Source: Psilocybe cubensis (Eukaryota). From it: DNA of 64,000 nucleotides. The translations under genes were made by a program, and so were the position numbers. The notes beneath the pieces were generated by a model that worked only from the letters and a program-made list of their open reading frames with translations, ran no database searches and was not told the DNA's origin. Location: the NCBI GenBank assembly GCA_017499595.2, contig CM039010.1:1364001-1428000 (forward strand), given 5' to 3'. Each line of letters starts with the position of its first letter. The stretch's first letter is position 1. This document shows positions 1 to 13,356 of this stretch, piece by piece.

Positions 1-370
1 CTCCCTGTCATGATTAGAATATATTAGGTTGGTGATTTTGTTTCAAGATCAAGATCGTACTCCTCTGGGTTACCAGGGCTGCGAGTGGAAGCTAATATCT
101 CATAAGCACATCGTGAATGGAAATATTCTCGCGCAGAAACGTACCAGTAGAAGAGCTTCCTTTGACACCTCTGGACGGAGGTTCGCCTTCAGCATTTACC
201 CCCATTTCGTTAAGACGTTCAATTGCACGACTTTTAGCTTCCTCAGACACAGATGGGTTGCGTATAGTTGCCTTTAAACCAGCAGCAACGCGCTCGGGGT
301 TTTTGATATGATCTAGAATTTTTACATCAGGTACTGCTATATATGAATCGAAAAAATACTCGCCAGACAT
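1..370 (-). CDS. Conidiation protein 6 (Con-6)-family small hydrophilic protein; 3' end runs off the window
   Basis: Spliced translation MSDHIKNPERVAAGLKATIRNPSVSEEAKSRAIERLNEMG carries the Con-6 repeat signature (N.ERVA.GLKA.I.NP.VSEEAK..A..RL). First intron 363-313 is GC-AG; further GT-AG introns follow toward position 1. Confidence 0.8.
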
Positions 371-679
371 CGAGGGTAAGGCGAGTTGAATAGTAAGAAT
401 GTGTTCTCTGAAATTGGGTCAACGCATGAAAATGTATTTGTATTCCAAACCCTATGACGTCCCCATAAGCCACTTCATTCTCAGACGTCTGTGGATCCTG
501 ACACCGTGCTCTCGATCTCGTTCAGCATGGATTCATCTTTACCCTCGATCTTGATTCCATATGCTAGATGGTCTCCAAGCGAAAGAAATTGCGATCTTCT
601 GCTACAAGTTCATTCAATCACTCAATATACATGACGTTGAAATATTTATCACAAAACAGACGATGCCACCTCAAGTACT

Positions 680-1067
680 TCAGTCACGATTTTCCGCAGA
701 CCCTTCTATTTTTTCTGCGATAGCGGAGGTATGGCTGCTGGTTCTATCAACCTTGTTGGAAATGGAATCTTCTATGCTTTCTGCCATGTTCTGCACGTGT
801 TTCAAGTGACCGATATGCGCAGGTTTGACTTGAATGTTGAATGGGAGTTTAGGATGAAGTTAGTGAGATAAGCAGACGTTGTATAGAGACTTACCTTGCT
901 CATTCCTTGCATTGTCTGTTTTTTGCAACTGTACTTTCGACTTTGAGCTCGAGTTGTCAAGAAATTTCCCCAGTTCATCAACTTGCTGTTGCTTCGCTAC
1001 GTCAAATATTTAGCGGTCAATGGAATGATTGCTATCAATGATTACAATACCCACAGTAGCCTGACAT
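680..1067 (-). CDS. Small hydrophilic hypothetical protein (~90 aa, 3 exons)
   Basis: ATG 1067, introns gtgggt..tag and gtaagt..aag. The spliced frame MSGYSKQQQVDELGKFLDNSSSKSKVQLQKTDNARNEQVKPAHIGHLKHVQNMAESIEDS...ENRD* is open to TGA at 680-682. Confidence 0.55.
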
Positions 1068-1391
1068 CGTGCGATTCTTCAAGAATTGGACGTTCTGCGA
1101 AGTAAGGTGGTAAACAAAATAAGGAGCGTGATTTGTGAGCGGAGATATTGGGATGAATGGAAGTTTCAGACAGTGACTCAAGTTCCTCCTACTCTCCCTT
1201 GGAGCAAGTTAAACATTTTCCGCCATGGAGGAGCTGAATGACAGAAGCTACACCCGCACTCTCCACAGGTACACTGAAATTCGCACAATTATAGGATGGA
1301 AAGCCAATGAACATTGTATGGCATGGATCTCATACAATCAAGTTCGACTTAAGCTACGAGAGAAAGGGGCGAAGGATGAACATTTCTACAA

Positions 1392-1981
1392 TTATCCCAT
1401 GAACTTGCCATGGAGTTCTTCAGTAGGGAGATTGTTTTCTGCTTTCTCTTTGGTAGTCCCTCTGACTTTGTGATCTTGACAAACGATTCATATCAGGAAG
1501 AACTAACTGCAATAGTTTTAATGCACTCACTCATTTTGATGCTATGGCGATCTGCCGCAGGTTGGTTCGCTCTCGGGCCCGTCGGTGCACTGTCCCTTTC
1601 TCCCATAGCGAATCGTTCGAAAGCCTCGTCATTGTGATAGATATTGCTTCCATCAGTACCCTCTCCCTCAGCACCGTGTACGCGGTGCTTGTGCATATGC
1701 GGTGCAGGCTCTGAAGAGACATGATAGAGTACTCAGATCTTTGATAATACCGAAAGAAAACTTATACCGACCTTTAGACTGTTTGAGGGCATCGAGTTTT
1801 GCCTCAGCTATCTGTTGCTCCAATCTGGAAGAGCCTGGATCTTGCATAGTGTGCTTGAGAGTATCGATTTCTTGCCTTTCTTTTTGACTGAACTGTGTAT
1901 TTTGACCTATACGTGCGCCGCTTCTGTAAGTCAAAGGTGGTTTGTGGAAAAAAATTCAAAAAACTCACGTTCTGATGACAT
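1392..1981 (-). CDS. Small hydrophilic protein with a divergent Con-6-like repeat (4 exons)
   Basis: Spliced frame MSSERQNTQFSQKERQEIDTLKHTMQDPGSSRLEQQIAEAKLDALKQSKEPAPHMHKHRVHG...ELHGKFMG*, with canonical GT-AG introns. LKHTMQDPGSS....IAEAKL resembles the Con-6 motif. Confidence 0.6.
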
Positions 1982-3754
1982 ATTGAATTTGAGAATGACT
2001 GTAGGAGTTGAAGATGGTGGTCTAACTTGCTGAGATCTTGGGGGTTATTAACGCTTGAACAGGCTGGCATTATGTCATATATTAGACAATGTGAACCCCA
2101 CCGTCTGACGAACCTCCACAAACTACACCACCGCAGGCACGTGTTTAAACTCATCTCCAAAAATAACCACTTGTGCATATTTTGGACGATAATTGACTGG
2201 TATCCGAAGATTCAAGAGATGCATGGAAATGGCCATAGTTTATATGAGCAGATTTCGGAGGTGCCATTACAATAGTATCATCATAACAGAACCATAGGAC
2301 AATATATTGGCATAGTGATTCTCTCAGCGCAGTGACAGCTTGATATAACAACAGAGATTTTTTAAGAGATGCACTTACACAGCCGGAAAAATACACACGG
2401 AATAGAGAGGAGATAATACCTCTTTTACTATCAAAGCGCAATATGTTATAATCCAACCTCGCGTTTTCTGAAATCAAAACTTGATCCGCCCAGGCATCAT
2501 TCACGAATTACAGATGGATACTGCGCAATTGTTGTAAGAAGCATTTGATACACTTAAGGGTCTGCTTGTGCCCGTCTGGCATGTCATTATACACCCTATA
2601 TTAGTACAGCGCGTTTTGCCCTTGTTCTAGTATTACAGTACTTGAAGAAGGAGGCTAAACAAAACACAGTGTTCGCTCTCTCGAAACATCCGAATGTGAT
2701 CCAGTTCGTTAAATAAGAGATTCGCGACCCAACTCCGGAAACAGTTTGATGATGCCCATGGTGGTAGCGTGCATAGGTTATCTGTGGCGTTCAACATGCC
2801 ATTGATCATGATTGATGAACACGAACCTTCCTAAACGGGAAAGAAGCCAACCACGCACAGCCTTATCTGTGGCGCACTTTGGGCAAACTTTTGTTCCAGA
2901 ACCTAGAAAAGATACCTCTTGTCCAAGATAATATCCAATAAATACTATAAGAGCAGTGTATATTCTATGCGCTAATTTTTACTGAAGATGTGAGAGGACT
3001 GGGCGATCAGAATCTTGTCAACACTTTAACATTGGACGCATCCTTTAAATAGCCTAAGTTGATATGCATATAATCCTGCTTGCAGCAGGCGCATTTACTG
3101 TCAGGAGAACTGTTATAAATATAATGAATGCTCGAGAAATGACATCCAAGAAGTGTGAAAGTATAATAGATGTGTGATCCAGATATAGAGAGACCGTAAA
3201 TAACAAACTTCAACAGATTGCGCTATTGTCGCAACACATTCAAGCTCCTGTGCTACTCTAGAAATTGTAGACATATGTCAACTGGACTGTCTGCCGTTGT
3301 CATTATGACCAGCTAAAATAATTTGCATCGTTATGTGCCGCATCTTGGGTCGTTCCCTATGCTGGAAATGCGGATAGAAATTTGTTTACTTCTTTGTCAT
3401 TTCAGTTGAAGATCAAGTGCTTCCACGCCGTATAACCGATTTTCCAAGTTTGAACGTTTCCACTCCAGTTCATCTATGCTACTGTATTCAAAGCTCTACA
3501 CTAATAACTTTCTTACATTTTCCTATATTACATTGTTTTTGTTTATATTCAGCGATAGAAAAAAATGCCGATGACGCGGAAGTATGGCGTATTTTACTTT
3601 TAGTACAGGCTATGCACAGCAACTTTATGACAGACCAGTCTCCAACGAGTTACCCTTGTAATCCGGAATGGCATGTGGACTGTGAACGAGTATCAGAAGG
3701 CACCTGTACGAACACTGCATGTATATAAACTATGTTCTGTAGATGTGCAGCTCC

Positions 3755-4730
3755 ATGTTTCTTGGCCCCTACCTCCTGTCAAACTCAACGTCTTATTTAC
3801 TTCTCACTTTACCCCGAATGAAAGGAGAACTACACAGCGAAGAGAGAAAAAGCAAGCACGTCCACTATCGCGCCAGACATAAGAAACTCGAGCACCTCAA
3901 AAAGAGGGTAAGTACCGCACTTTCCATTCATGATGTCCAATAGACACCTAATTAAATAGTTTCAGATGACAGAGCACGGTTTTAAGGAGAGAATTATGGT
4001 AGAGGATCCCCAAAGCCAAGCTTCAGAGCCAAAGTACTGCAGCGTACTTTTGGATAGCAAAGAGATCCATATCATTAGAATGACGCGAAAGAACTACGTT
4101 TCTGCACCAAGCGAACTTGATGACATAGTTTGCTTTCACGAAATTACCGCCTCTAGTGACACGACTCAATCGGCCGACACGGAGCAGTTGCAACTTCTCC
4201 GACAATACCAACAGCAGTCAATATCAGACACGCCGGAGAATCGTCATGTACTCCCGGAGGAAGGATACGAATCCTCTGCCGTTTTCCGTCGATATACGAT
4301 GCGGGACCATGAATGGCCCGGTCGAAGTCATTCCGATCATTGTATTACACAGACCTACCCACCATCAGCAAGCTCCTTGTTTGCCGCAGACGTTGAGAAA
4401 GAATTTTGGGGTATGCACGAGGCGAGTATTTTTGTTTGGCTTATCCGATAACTGCTCTTGAAAGTTGACACCTGTGGCCATAATTAATAGTATGAAGTTC
4501 CCACCGTTAGCACGAGTCTGTATAGGTCCGGCATCGTCTCAGGAGGATTGCCTTTGATTCCAAATTCCAACCATACGGCCCAGCTACAGAACCCACCCTT
4601 TCCACTGTATACCGAGCGAGCCATAAACGCACACACATACCTTGCCACTCCTGCCGATATACCTTTGTTATCTCAATCATCTCAGATGACCCCACAGTCC
4701 TCCACTTTCTACCCCAATCAAGGAATCTAA
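3755..4730 (+). CDS. Hypothetical protein (about 3 exons)
   Basis: ORFs 3743-3943, 3966-4451 and 4548-4730 can be joined by gtaagt..cag and gtatgc..aag introns. Start uncertain; no family recognised. Confidence 0.35.
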
Positions 4731-4970
4731 AACTAGATTCGAGCAAAGACTTTGCACAATCTGAGCATGACAAGCAGTTGAGTGCTTGCCGTTCTTGCTT
4801 GTCGTATTCGTATCCAACACCCAACTTACTTTATTGGTGTCACCGTCACGTCCATCTAGCTAGTAGTTTACATCTCGTTTTAGCAACTTCTTCCTAAAAT
4901 TATGTTTGTCAACAGTGGATCTTCTTGGTACCAAGCTTTGAAACCATATTTTTATTAACATTGGCTCACC

Positions 4971-5276
4971 TCAAAAACGTTCAACTGAACCGTTGATGAG
5001 TTCTAAGAGGTCTTCGTACCGTCCTTCATTTAACAACAGAGGCCAAGTTACATATAAAATCTCACCGGCAACACAATCAAATACGATGGCTTTCGGCAGG
5101 CCTATTCGAGATGGAGATCGACGTTGAAGTTGCTCCTCGTTATTGTGCCAGTTGCCGCTGTGCTCGCATTTCCACGCGATAAGATCGGTGTCGGGCGCTG
5201 GCATGATCAACCAATGGGAAGGATCCAAGTGCACGAGAAGGCTGCTCCTCTTTACCTGAGCCAAAATCGTTTCCAT
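4971..5276 (-). CDS. Hypothetical protein exon, divergent from the NuSAP-like gene
   Basis: 101-aa ORF ending at a gtgagc donor-like site; no recognisable family. Confidence 0.25.
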   Translation of the reverse strand: METILAQVKRSSLLVHLDPSHWLIMPAPDTDLIAWKCEHSGNWHNNEEQLQRRSPSRIGLPKAIVFDCVAGEILYVTWPLLLNEGRYEDLLELINGSVERF

Positions 5277-5520
5277 AGCCGAAGAAAGGAAGGAACATTA
5301 TGAATTTTTTAAGCTTCGACACTAGGGTATCAATGAGTAGCAAAATGGCAAAATGAGATTACGAGGATGGAAATAAATTGATTCGGAGCTTCAACTCTGT
5401 TTCTCAATAAACAAACGCGATCACATGACTTTTATGGGTGGTTGAATTACGCCCTTGGGTTGCTAGGATCCACTCTTTGTCTTTTCAATAAGTCCACTTC
5501 ATGCCCCTACGCCACCCATA

Positions 5521-8500
5521 ATGTCCACGACAACAGAAATTCTTTTCAACTCTCCTGCTCTTCATTCCTTAAAACGCGACCAGCTCGTCAAATTATGCAA
5601 AATTCATTCAATCAAAGCATCAGGAAAGAATGTAGAGCTTATCCAGAAGCTTAGACTACATGCACAGACATTGCCTAAGGACTCGCCGCTGAGCATCGCT
5701 GCCCGAAGTGAAGAGCATGGGCCCATTCCTATGCAGGTTCAAGAACCCTTACCCCAGGGACTGGAGGACGAGCAGGAAATGGGAGATGACGTCTCTTATC
5801 AGAATAGTCGATCGAGGCCAAGCGAGCAATGGGAAATGGTCATGGATAGCATCGAGGAGCTCGATGAAGAGTCATCCCAGGGTACCCTAACATCCCAAAG
5901 AACCCTTGGGCATAATGGAGGCACTGGAGAGTTCGGGACCGGTGGATCAAAATGTATGGCCTTTGTTAATTGCATGCATAAAGGCCTTTTTTATCTTATG
6001 AATGCTCTTTCTTCCAGCCACAACAGTCAGCTCCTCAATCAAAGCCATCGCCACTTCTCTGGGACTAAAGAAGGGGAACCCTAAATCCACTACTACGTCG
6101 ACTTCTTCAAAGAAGAACACCCCCTTCACCCCGCACGCCGTCCAAGAACCGACAGACGAGTTGTCCCAGATGTCAACCCCTTATGCATCTCTTCCTGAGG
6201 CTACATCTCTGCCACAGACAGATCATTTCACGCTCAATGACACTCGTATGTCAATAGATGGAACTGAGGATATTCCTTTGCCCGGGCATGTTCTTCGACC
6301 TGGCGTTCCAGCCCCAGAGAATGCACGACTCAGTATGGGCACAGGGGTACCAGCTACTCCTTCGCGCCCAACAACTACGATCAGGCTCATCTCGAACCCA
6401 CTCTCGAATCCAGGGGCAGGTGTAGACCATAGTTACGCTTCAGGAGAAAACGGGACACCTCAACTTAAACCCTTCAAGACTAGCTTTGACATTACCTTTG
6501 GTAGTCCCATCCCTAACAGTTCCGGTTTAAACTTTGGGGGTATGAGTATTTGGCCTCCAAGGACTGAAGAAGACGTTCATATGAGAGGCATTTACCCTGC
6601 CTTATCTTTTGAGGACCTTCCCCCTTCTCTCGAGATGAAACCTCCTGGGACACCTGCGAAACCAGGGGACGTTACCGTCCACTCCCCCTTGGCGATTCCC
6701 AAATCCCCTGATGTCTTTGTATTTGGTACACCGCACAAGCTCACTGACGACCAATTCCGTTCAGCTGCTGCCTCTGTTCTAGATGAAGTCAACCGGAAAC
6801 TACGTGAAGATGGTGTTAAAGAAGTAAATACCGACATTATTGGCAATCTCCATCCGGAAACCAAGAAAGAGCCCCCTCGTGAGATCAAACCCATACCTGT
6901 ATCCAAGCGGGGTGAGATTACGAACAAGTTCAATCGACTTCACGAGGAAGAGTTTCAGAAGATGGAGGGCATTGACTCGTTGGTAAAACGGCGTGCAGAG
7001 AGGCTTGTCCCAAAGAAACTGTCGGGGGATGGCGAGAAAGTTGTGCTAGGCAAGAAGCGCAAATCCAGTGTTCTGGCTGATGAGGGAGGAATTGGATCTC
7101 GTCGGCCGAGTGTGATTGCTCCCCGCCGTGCCAGTAATACTCGCGTTATCAGTAACGGCCGGCGAGCCAAAGCAATTCCTGGGGCGTTTGACTTCGGCAA
7201 TGATGAAGGTGATGCGGAGGAACAGGAAGACGATCGTGCTGGCAAACGTGTTAAGATGGACCCTGATTCCGCATTATCGCCCGATGAAGAGGCCAAGAAG
7301 CAAGAGATGGCTGAACAACGTCGCTTAGAGCTTGCGAAAGAGAAAGACGCCATTCTTAAGAAGCTCGAGGCCAACAGAGCACGCAGACGAAGCAGTGCTG
7401 CTCATGGTGGTTTGTCTGGTCGTAAAAGTGGACGACTCAGTGTTGGAAAACCCAGACAAAGCATCCTAGGTAATGTTATCATTCTTTATCCTAATGCTAA
7501 GCATTGACATTCTTTTAGTCAAGCCAAAGCCTAAACCTAAGTTCGGGTTTCTCTCTTCCGCCAAATCGCTTGTACAAAGTGTCTGGAATCGTGGAAAGGC
7601 GTCTACCCCTGTCGTCGCCGGGCCAAGTCAGATACCGAAAGCCTCGCCCACTGCTAAACCAGAACCCGTCAAAGGAAAGACGGGTCCTCCATCTTTCGTG
7701 CCTACTAAGAAATCTTCAGTGGCGCCTCCCCGTGCCAGTGCTGCTATGGCGAGTGGAAGTCGTGGCATGTCAACCAGAGTCAGCGACCCAAAACTAAAAG
7801 CCGACGATGCTAAATCTCTGTCATCAAATAAAGGTTCTATTGCAACTTCTACGTCTTCTAGAGCGCGTTCCCCTCCAGTTGCTGGTTCGAGCAGGAATAG
7901 CTTACAAAGTAACGCAGGGTCGCGCACAAGTAGGACTAGCTCTATCGTGTCACCGAGCTCAAGGGCGACTTCAATTGCAGGAACCGCGGCCAGCAGAGCG
8001 CGCAGTCCAACCAACGTATCATCGATCGGTACTCGGCTTTCGTCTACTACTGGGTTCTCATCCATCGGCGACGTTGGAAGTATGGGCGTCAAAAATATTG
8101 CTGGTAGAAAATCTGTTGCGGCTAAATCATCAGTTCCTGGTTCAAGCTCTTCGAGGTTTTCCAATGTATCCTCAAGGTTGTTCGCGCCCACTGCGAGCTC
8201 ATTGGCGAAAATGGCAAAAGCGCCCTTGCCTGATGCTTCTGGTTCCAATAAGCAGACCCTGACTTCAATCACCAATAGTCCTGCTGTCGCCGCCGCTTCT
8301 CCTGCCCCAACTTCATCAAGCACTTTTTCGCCTAGGCCAGGTGGCATATTCAGCAAACCTCTTGCGTTACCCCCGCAGTCTTGTATCCCAACACCTGTCA
8401 AGAGCCAACTCCCCAATGACGAGGGTGCCACGGTCGGGGGAGGCTCATCCAAGCAGGAAAAGACAACGGACACGACTTCTGCGCTCTCTCGCACACGTTC

Positions 8501-8867
8501 ACTCAATGGCAGAAAGCCACGCATCTCCAGATCGAAAGTGATTGCGCGCCTTGCTTCGCAAAGGGCGGCCGGTACTAGTAGTGGCGGACGTGTTGCATCA
8601 GCATCTGCAATAGCGCCTAGGCCATCCAACGCTGCCGGTGGGCGGGTTGTCAGTGGAAAGACCCGTTCGAGTCTAGGTGCAAAAGTGTCTCGGGCAAGCT
8701 ATGGTGGTGGGACGAGGTCGCGTCCCAGCGTCGGGTCAAGTGATGGCGTCATGATGAGCGCAAAGAAGCGGGCAAGGCAGAGTGAGTATGCGAGGAGGAA
8801 AAGTAAAGTTGGACCTTTAAACTTTGATGGTATTGCTCCGAAAGGAGTGGATGTTGATATGAACTAA
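5521..8867 (+). CDS. SAP-like N-terminus plus NuSAP-like motif; putative chromatin/microtubule-binding protein (3 exons)
   Basis: N-terminal LHSLKRDQLVKLCKIHSIKASGKNVELIQKL (SAP-like), central NKFNRLHEEEFQKMEGIDSLVKRR, and a long basic Ser/Pro-rich C-terminus. Introns ~5954-6018 and ~7471-7518. Confidence 0.7.
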
Positions 8868-9469
8868 CGACACATTGACGAATTTTCATGACGTTTATCT
8901 TTTATCACCTATTATCATTTTCCACTCCAACTCTTTGCAGGTCAGAAAGAGAACGTCATCTTTGATTCCTTATTCGTTTTGTTTGGACTGAATGATCTTT
9001 GTAAAAATCTGTTTTTTTGACTGGGTCGGTATTAGCCTCTGACCTTTTTATTTCTTTTTTATTTTTTCTTGTTTCTTCTATCTCTTCCATCTCAGATTGA
9101 TTCTGTTTGTATTCTTCAAACCTCCAGCAAACTGACCATGGCCACTCTGGCTTTTTTTCGTTCAATTTTTCAAAGCAAGCATTGATCTTCTCTCTCTCTC
9201 ATATTTATGCTGTGTCATCGTTTATGTATGTACTTTTACAGCCTTTTAAACGCCACATAGTGCCTCTCGATTTGTAAATCTCTATTTATGATAGTCATGC
9301 AGCAATAAGTTTCGAAGATTGCCTTAGATGTTTAGAATCGCACGCGCCCAATTCAACCTATATTTTTGTTGATCCTCTTGGTTAAACCTGGACCTTAGGA
9401 TGAGATTCATGGTAAATCAATTCCTGGTTTTTTATTATATTTGTCATACTAATGGCTCGACCTTGATTT

Positions 9470-10413
9470 CTATGCATCTCTCACGAAGCGTTTCGAAAAG
9501 AATTCCCTAACATGCTCCTGAATTGAAATTTTGAGATATCATGATAAAACTTGGAAGGAATCTAAGTCATACCTCATCAAATGTCTCCTTGTAGCTGTCC
9601 CTGTTTTTGAGGTCAGAGAAATATTGTCGGAACCTAGCGTATCGAGGGTCGGTCTGCAGCTTCTCCCAAGCAGCCTTCCCCTTGCCTGCTTCATATTTCC
9701 CGATGTCATTCTTCAGCGTAACTTCAGTACGAGCAAAGAAGGGCGTAACAGCAGCATCTGCGATACTCCATTCACCAACAGCGAACCCTTTCTCGGGAAG
9801 GAGGTTTTGAATGACTTCGATTCCGTCGAAGATGGCTTCGGGATCCTTGGAGCCTGAGATTGCAGCGAAGAAGCCGCTGGTGTAGGCGGGTGTGACTGTT
9901 TCGATGAAGAAACGCGCTTTGGCGCGGTCGATGGGGTCTTTGGGGAGCAAGGGCTGTGGGGTGTCGAGGTCTGCGAAGAACTCGAGTAGGACGCCGGATT
10001 CGGCGATTTTGGTAGAGTCCGGGGATGGCTCGTCTGGAGGAACATCTGGGCCACCGTATGCAATGGCTGGAACCTGTCGCGTTTGATTAGTTCAGTGAGT
10101 GAGTCGAGATGGCAGTGGTAAATTTAGATATGTATACCTTGCTAGCTTTGTTGATCTTGGGCGCGTACCATTCTGGCTTGTTCGCTAAGTCAATCTCGTA
10201 GCGAGTGTAAGGAAGTTTCGACTCTTTGAGTGCAAGTTCCGTCTGGTAAGTGATATGGTTAAACACGCGTTATAGGAAATTTAGACATCACATACTCTAT
10301 GAGCCCATGGGCAGACCTAAAGCGTGTTCAATTCAACTGAGTTCAAGTTTAAGTACCAGACGAAAGGTAATTTTATCCACCTTGGCACTGTAGAGGGTGA
10401 TTCGCTTTGCCAT
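9470..10413 (-). CDS. Glutathione S-transferase, Cys-containing (omega-like)
   Basis: Multi-exon: MAKRITLYSAK/VCPWAHR/..YEIDLANKPEWYAPKINKASK/VPAIAYGG..IAESGVLLEFFADL..LLPKDPIDRAKARFFIE..WSIADAAVTPFFAR. GST N- and C-domain motifs with a CPW active site. Confidence 0.9.
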
Positions 10414-13356
10414 TTGCGATAGTATTTTGAATTATTTACGCAGGGGAGAATTAGACTTCGAGAAGAAATGATGGAGGGCTGAAAATCACTTACTCTCCAA
10501 TAGCCATACTTATAATGCTCACCCTGATCAATATAATCGACTTCCTCTCAAGAACCCACATACCTTTCCTTCTGATTAATCAGCCTATCTGTGTTGACAA
10601 ATTGACATTTGGTCACAACATTAGGTTTTCCATGTCGCCGCAGTCCTTCTCAAACATTAGATCTGAAGAATTTACGTGACGCTGTCATTCGAAGAAATTT
10701 GGGCATAAACTGTGCCGTACAGAGCCCAGTTGCCAGTTTGAATGCCCACAGAGATCCCTCGAGTGTGTGAATTGTCTTGAATATGCTGACTGAGCGCTGC
10801 CGGATAAATGCTGACAATGATAGCTTCCGCTTACTAGGATATGCTATTGCGGCAGCCTGCAGGTGTTAATCCTTATTTGAATGTGATGAGACATTGTATG
10901 AGCGACATGTTGTAACATGGGTTTGACGGCGGGCGTCTGAGCTCGGTGATCTTGGGGCTCTTGCAGGGTTTGCTGAATTGAACTTTTTATCGATTAAAGC
11001 TTGAAGACAGTAGATACAGTTGCTTTTCTCTTAGCCTGAAGGGTTTAACGCCTGTTATTGCTAGTTCATCGACTGAAGGATTACTTTTAGCCATATCACC
11101 CAGGGGTCACCTTGGGGTCGCCATCACTTAAATCACCCAATTAGGAGCCCTTCACTGTGTGCTCATAAGAGCATATACCCACCATAGCCCTGAAACGGTG
11201 CTACATATATCCTCAGAAACATGCGAATTGTCGACGATCTAGATGGTTTCTTAACAGGTCGCAAAAGTCGCGACGATGAATTTAGGGGCGAATCCCTCGA
11301 TATTATCGTGGGAATATTGTGCCCACATGCCGAAGCGGCTATCACAGAAAACAAAGGGGACATTGAATTGAGATTGAATGTGATTTGCATTGTGCGACCA
11401 ATGCGGATAAGCTTGCGCCCAGCGTTCAATGCAGAGGGCGAACGATGAACGCTCCCATCTCTCTTCCTTCCCGTCGCTCACCTACATATGTTGCGCTGCT
11501 CGCCTCTCAACGTTGAAGACCCAACGCACTAAAGAAGTCGTCACAATAGCGTCGCTTACTCCCTGGATTCGAGTGGTGGTTCGGTTGACTGGGATGCTTG
11601 GGCAAAATGTGAGCGCATTCTGCGAAATTCGTCTTGCGCTGCTTGAAACTGACACAGATGTACGCGAAAACCTCCCCGAAAGCAGAGCGCGCGCAAACAT
11701 CCTTGTATTCTACCTGTATGGCACGGTATGCGACATTTGGTATAGGGCGCTGACCGATGGGCGGCCAGTGGCGCTAGTCGCTTGACCCAGGTGCGTATCA
11801 CCTATTTCTTTTGCCAGAGCCCGCTATTATCTCTGCTCAGCGGTGCGAATGTCAGGTGAGTTACATGGCTTATTCTACAGTCTCTTGAAGTCTTCCGTTT
11901 CGTGCCGATTGAGTGCCTCTGGTGCGCTACGCTCCCCCAAAGCCTTCTACGCCTTTTCTCAGGATACATTCGATTACTTCAACTATACACCTTTTCTCTG
12001 GATAATTGGTCTTCTCTTTCTATGAAACGCCTCCAGTACCCAACGAAATTGATTCCATTCATCTACACAATCTCTCAACAAGCATCCTGGCCACTGAATG
12101 GCACGGTCACCGCATCTATACGACATTCATGGTACACGGTTCTGTTCTCGCGTGTCCTTTCCAACCTCACCGGTACTCCACTCAAGTGACCATTGTATGT
12201 AGCTTTTGGCTACCTGGGAATCCATCCTCTTGCGCTTGAATTCGTCGAATCTCGCTCTAATGCCTCTCGGGTGACTTTGTCATGTGCCTTGTTCTTCACT
12301 GTTCACTGGTCATTCTCGACGCGGCCACAATTTGGACTGCTCCGTGCTTGGAGGTGGATCAAGTTCAATGCGGTAATTATGGTTTGACTTCGAGCGTCTA
12401 TCATTGCTCTCGGCATGTTTTACCGCCACCTGTCGAATTCTCGAAAAATAGCTCCTCTAGAACAACTTCTTTGCACCAACCCATGAAATGGACATGTGAT
12501 GCCTGCTATAAGCAGATCGACTGGAGATCTTGTTATAATGATATATCAAGAATCCATCGAACCACATGACTTGGGGGCAATGGCATGCTTTTGGCCTGCA
12601 TACAGGTAGATAGGTATGTCTTTCTATGCTGCACCTGGGTATTTTTGTTCAACGTCGATTTGGATCTTACCTGGGGTCACTTTTATCACCTACCCATCAT
12701 CTATTGCAACTGTGGAAAAGCCAAGTCTGACTTAGGAGGGCTTCTCTCTGTTTTGGGATTGTCTAGTGAAAACTGCTCTCCAGAACCTGTCAGTATCGTG
12801 TTCTGGCTCAGTGGCTCCAATCTATTTGACGACACGATGCATGCAAAGCCTGGTCTTCTGTCCTCATTTCAAGTATTGGAAGTCCATGAGACGTCTCTCG
12901 CTGATACTCCGGCAGGTGGCGATACTTCATGGGGATTTTCTGCTTATCGGGTTTATGATGTTCCACTGACACACCCCAACTTTGGATCTCTACCTGCTGC
13001 ATTTAGACTTCTGCCCGTTCGGAGTTTGAATTCTTAGCGCCGCCCCTAAAGTGTTGACATTATAGCATCCGGCATACCAATCCACCTAGAAAAAAGTAGG
13101 TGACAACCAATCCGCCTAATTATTAGCCTTTTCAAGCAACTGAGAAGCAGTGCAAAGTCTTTAATAGGCAGAAACCCACCCCTAATTTAGGAACAGTTAC
13201 TTGTAAAGGCATGATTTTTGGTGGCCGTTTTCAGAGGAACTTGGATTGGTTGTGCCCGTTTTCTATTCATTGTTTGCCTGTTATATAAGTAATACTACTA
13301 CTACATCGTAAGCTTCACCAACAAGTCCCAACACACAGTTCTACTCTTCTCAAACT

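Noticed and set aside
6592-8629. Long minus-strand ORFs
   Set aside because: Antisense to the NuSAP-like gene; no independent motifs.
11160-13040. Overlapping short ORFs, possibly a decayed F-box/LRR-type gene
   Set aside because: No consistent frame, splice model or recognisable motif could be assembled.
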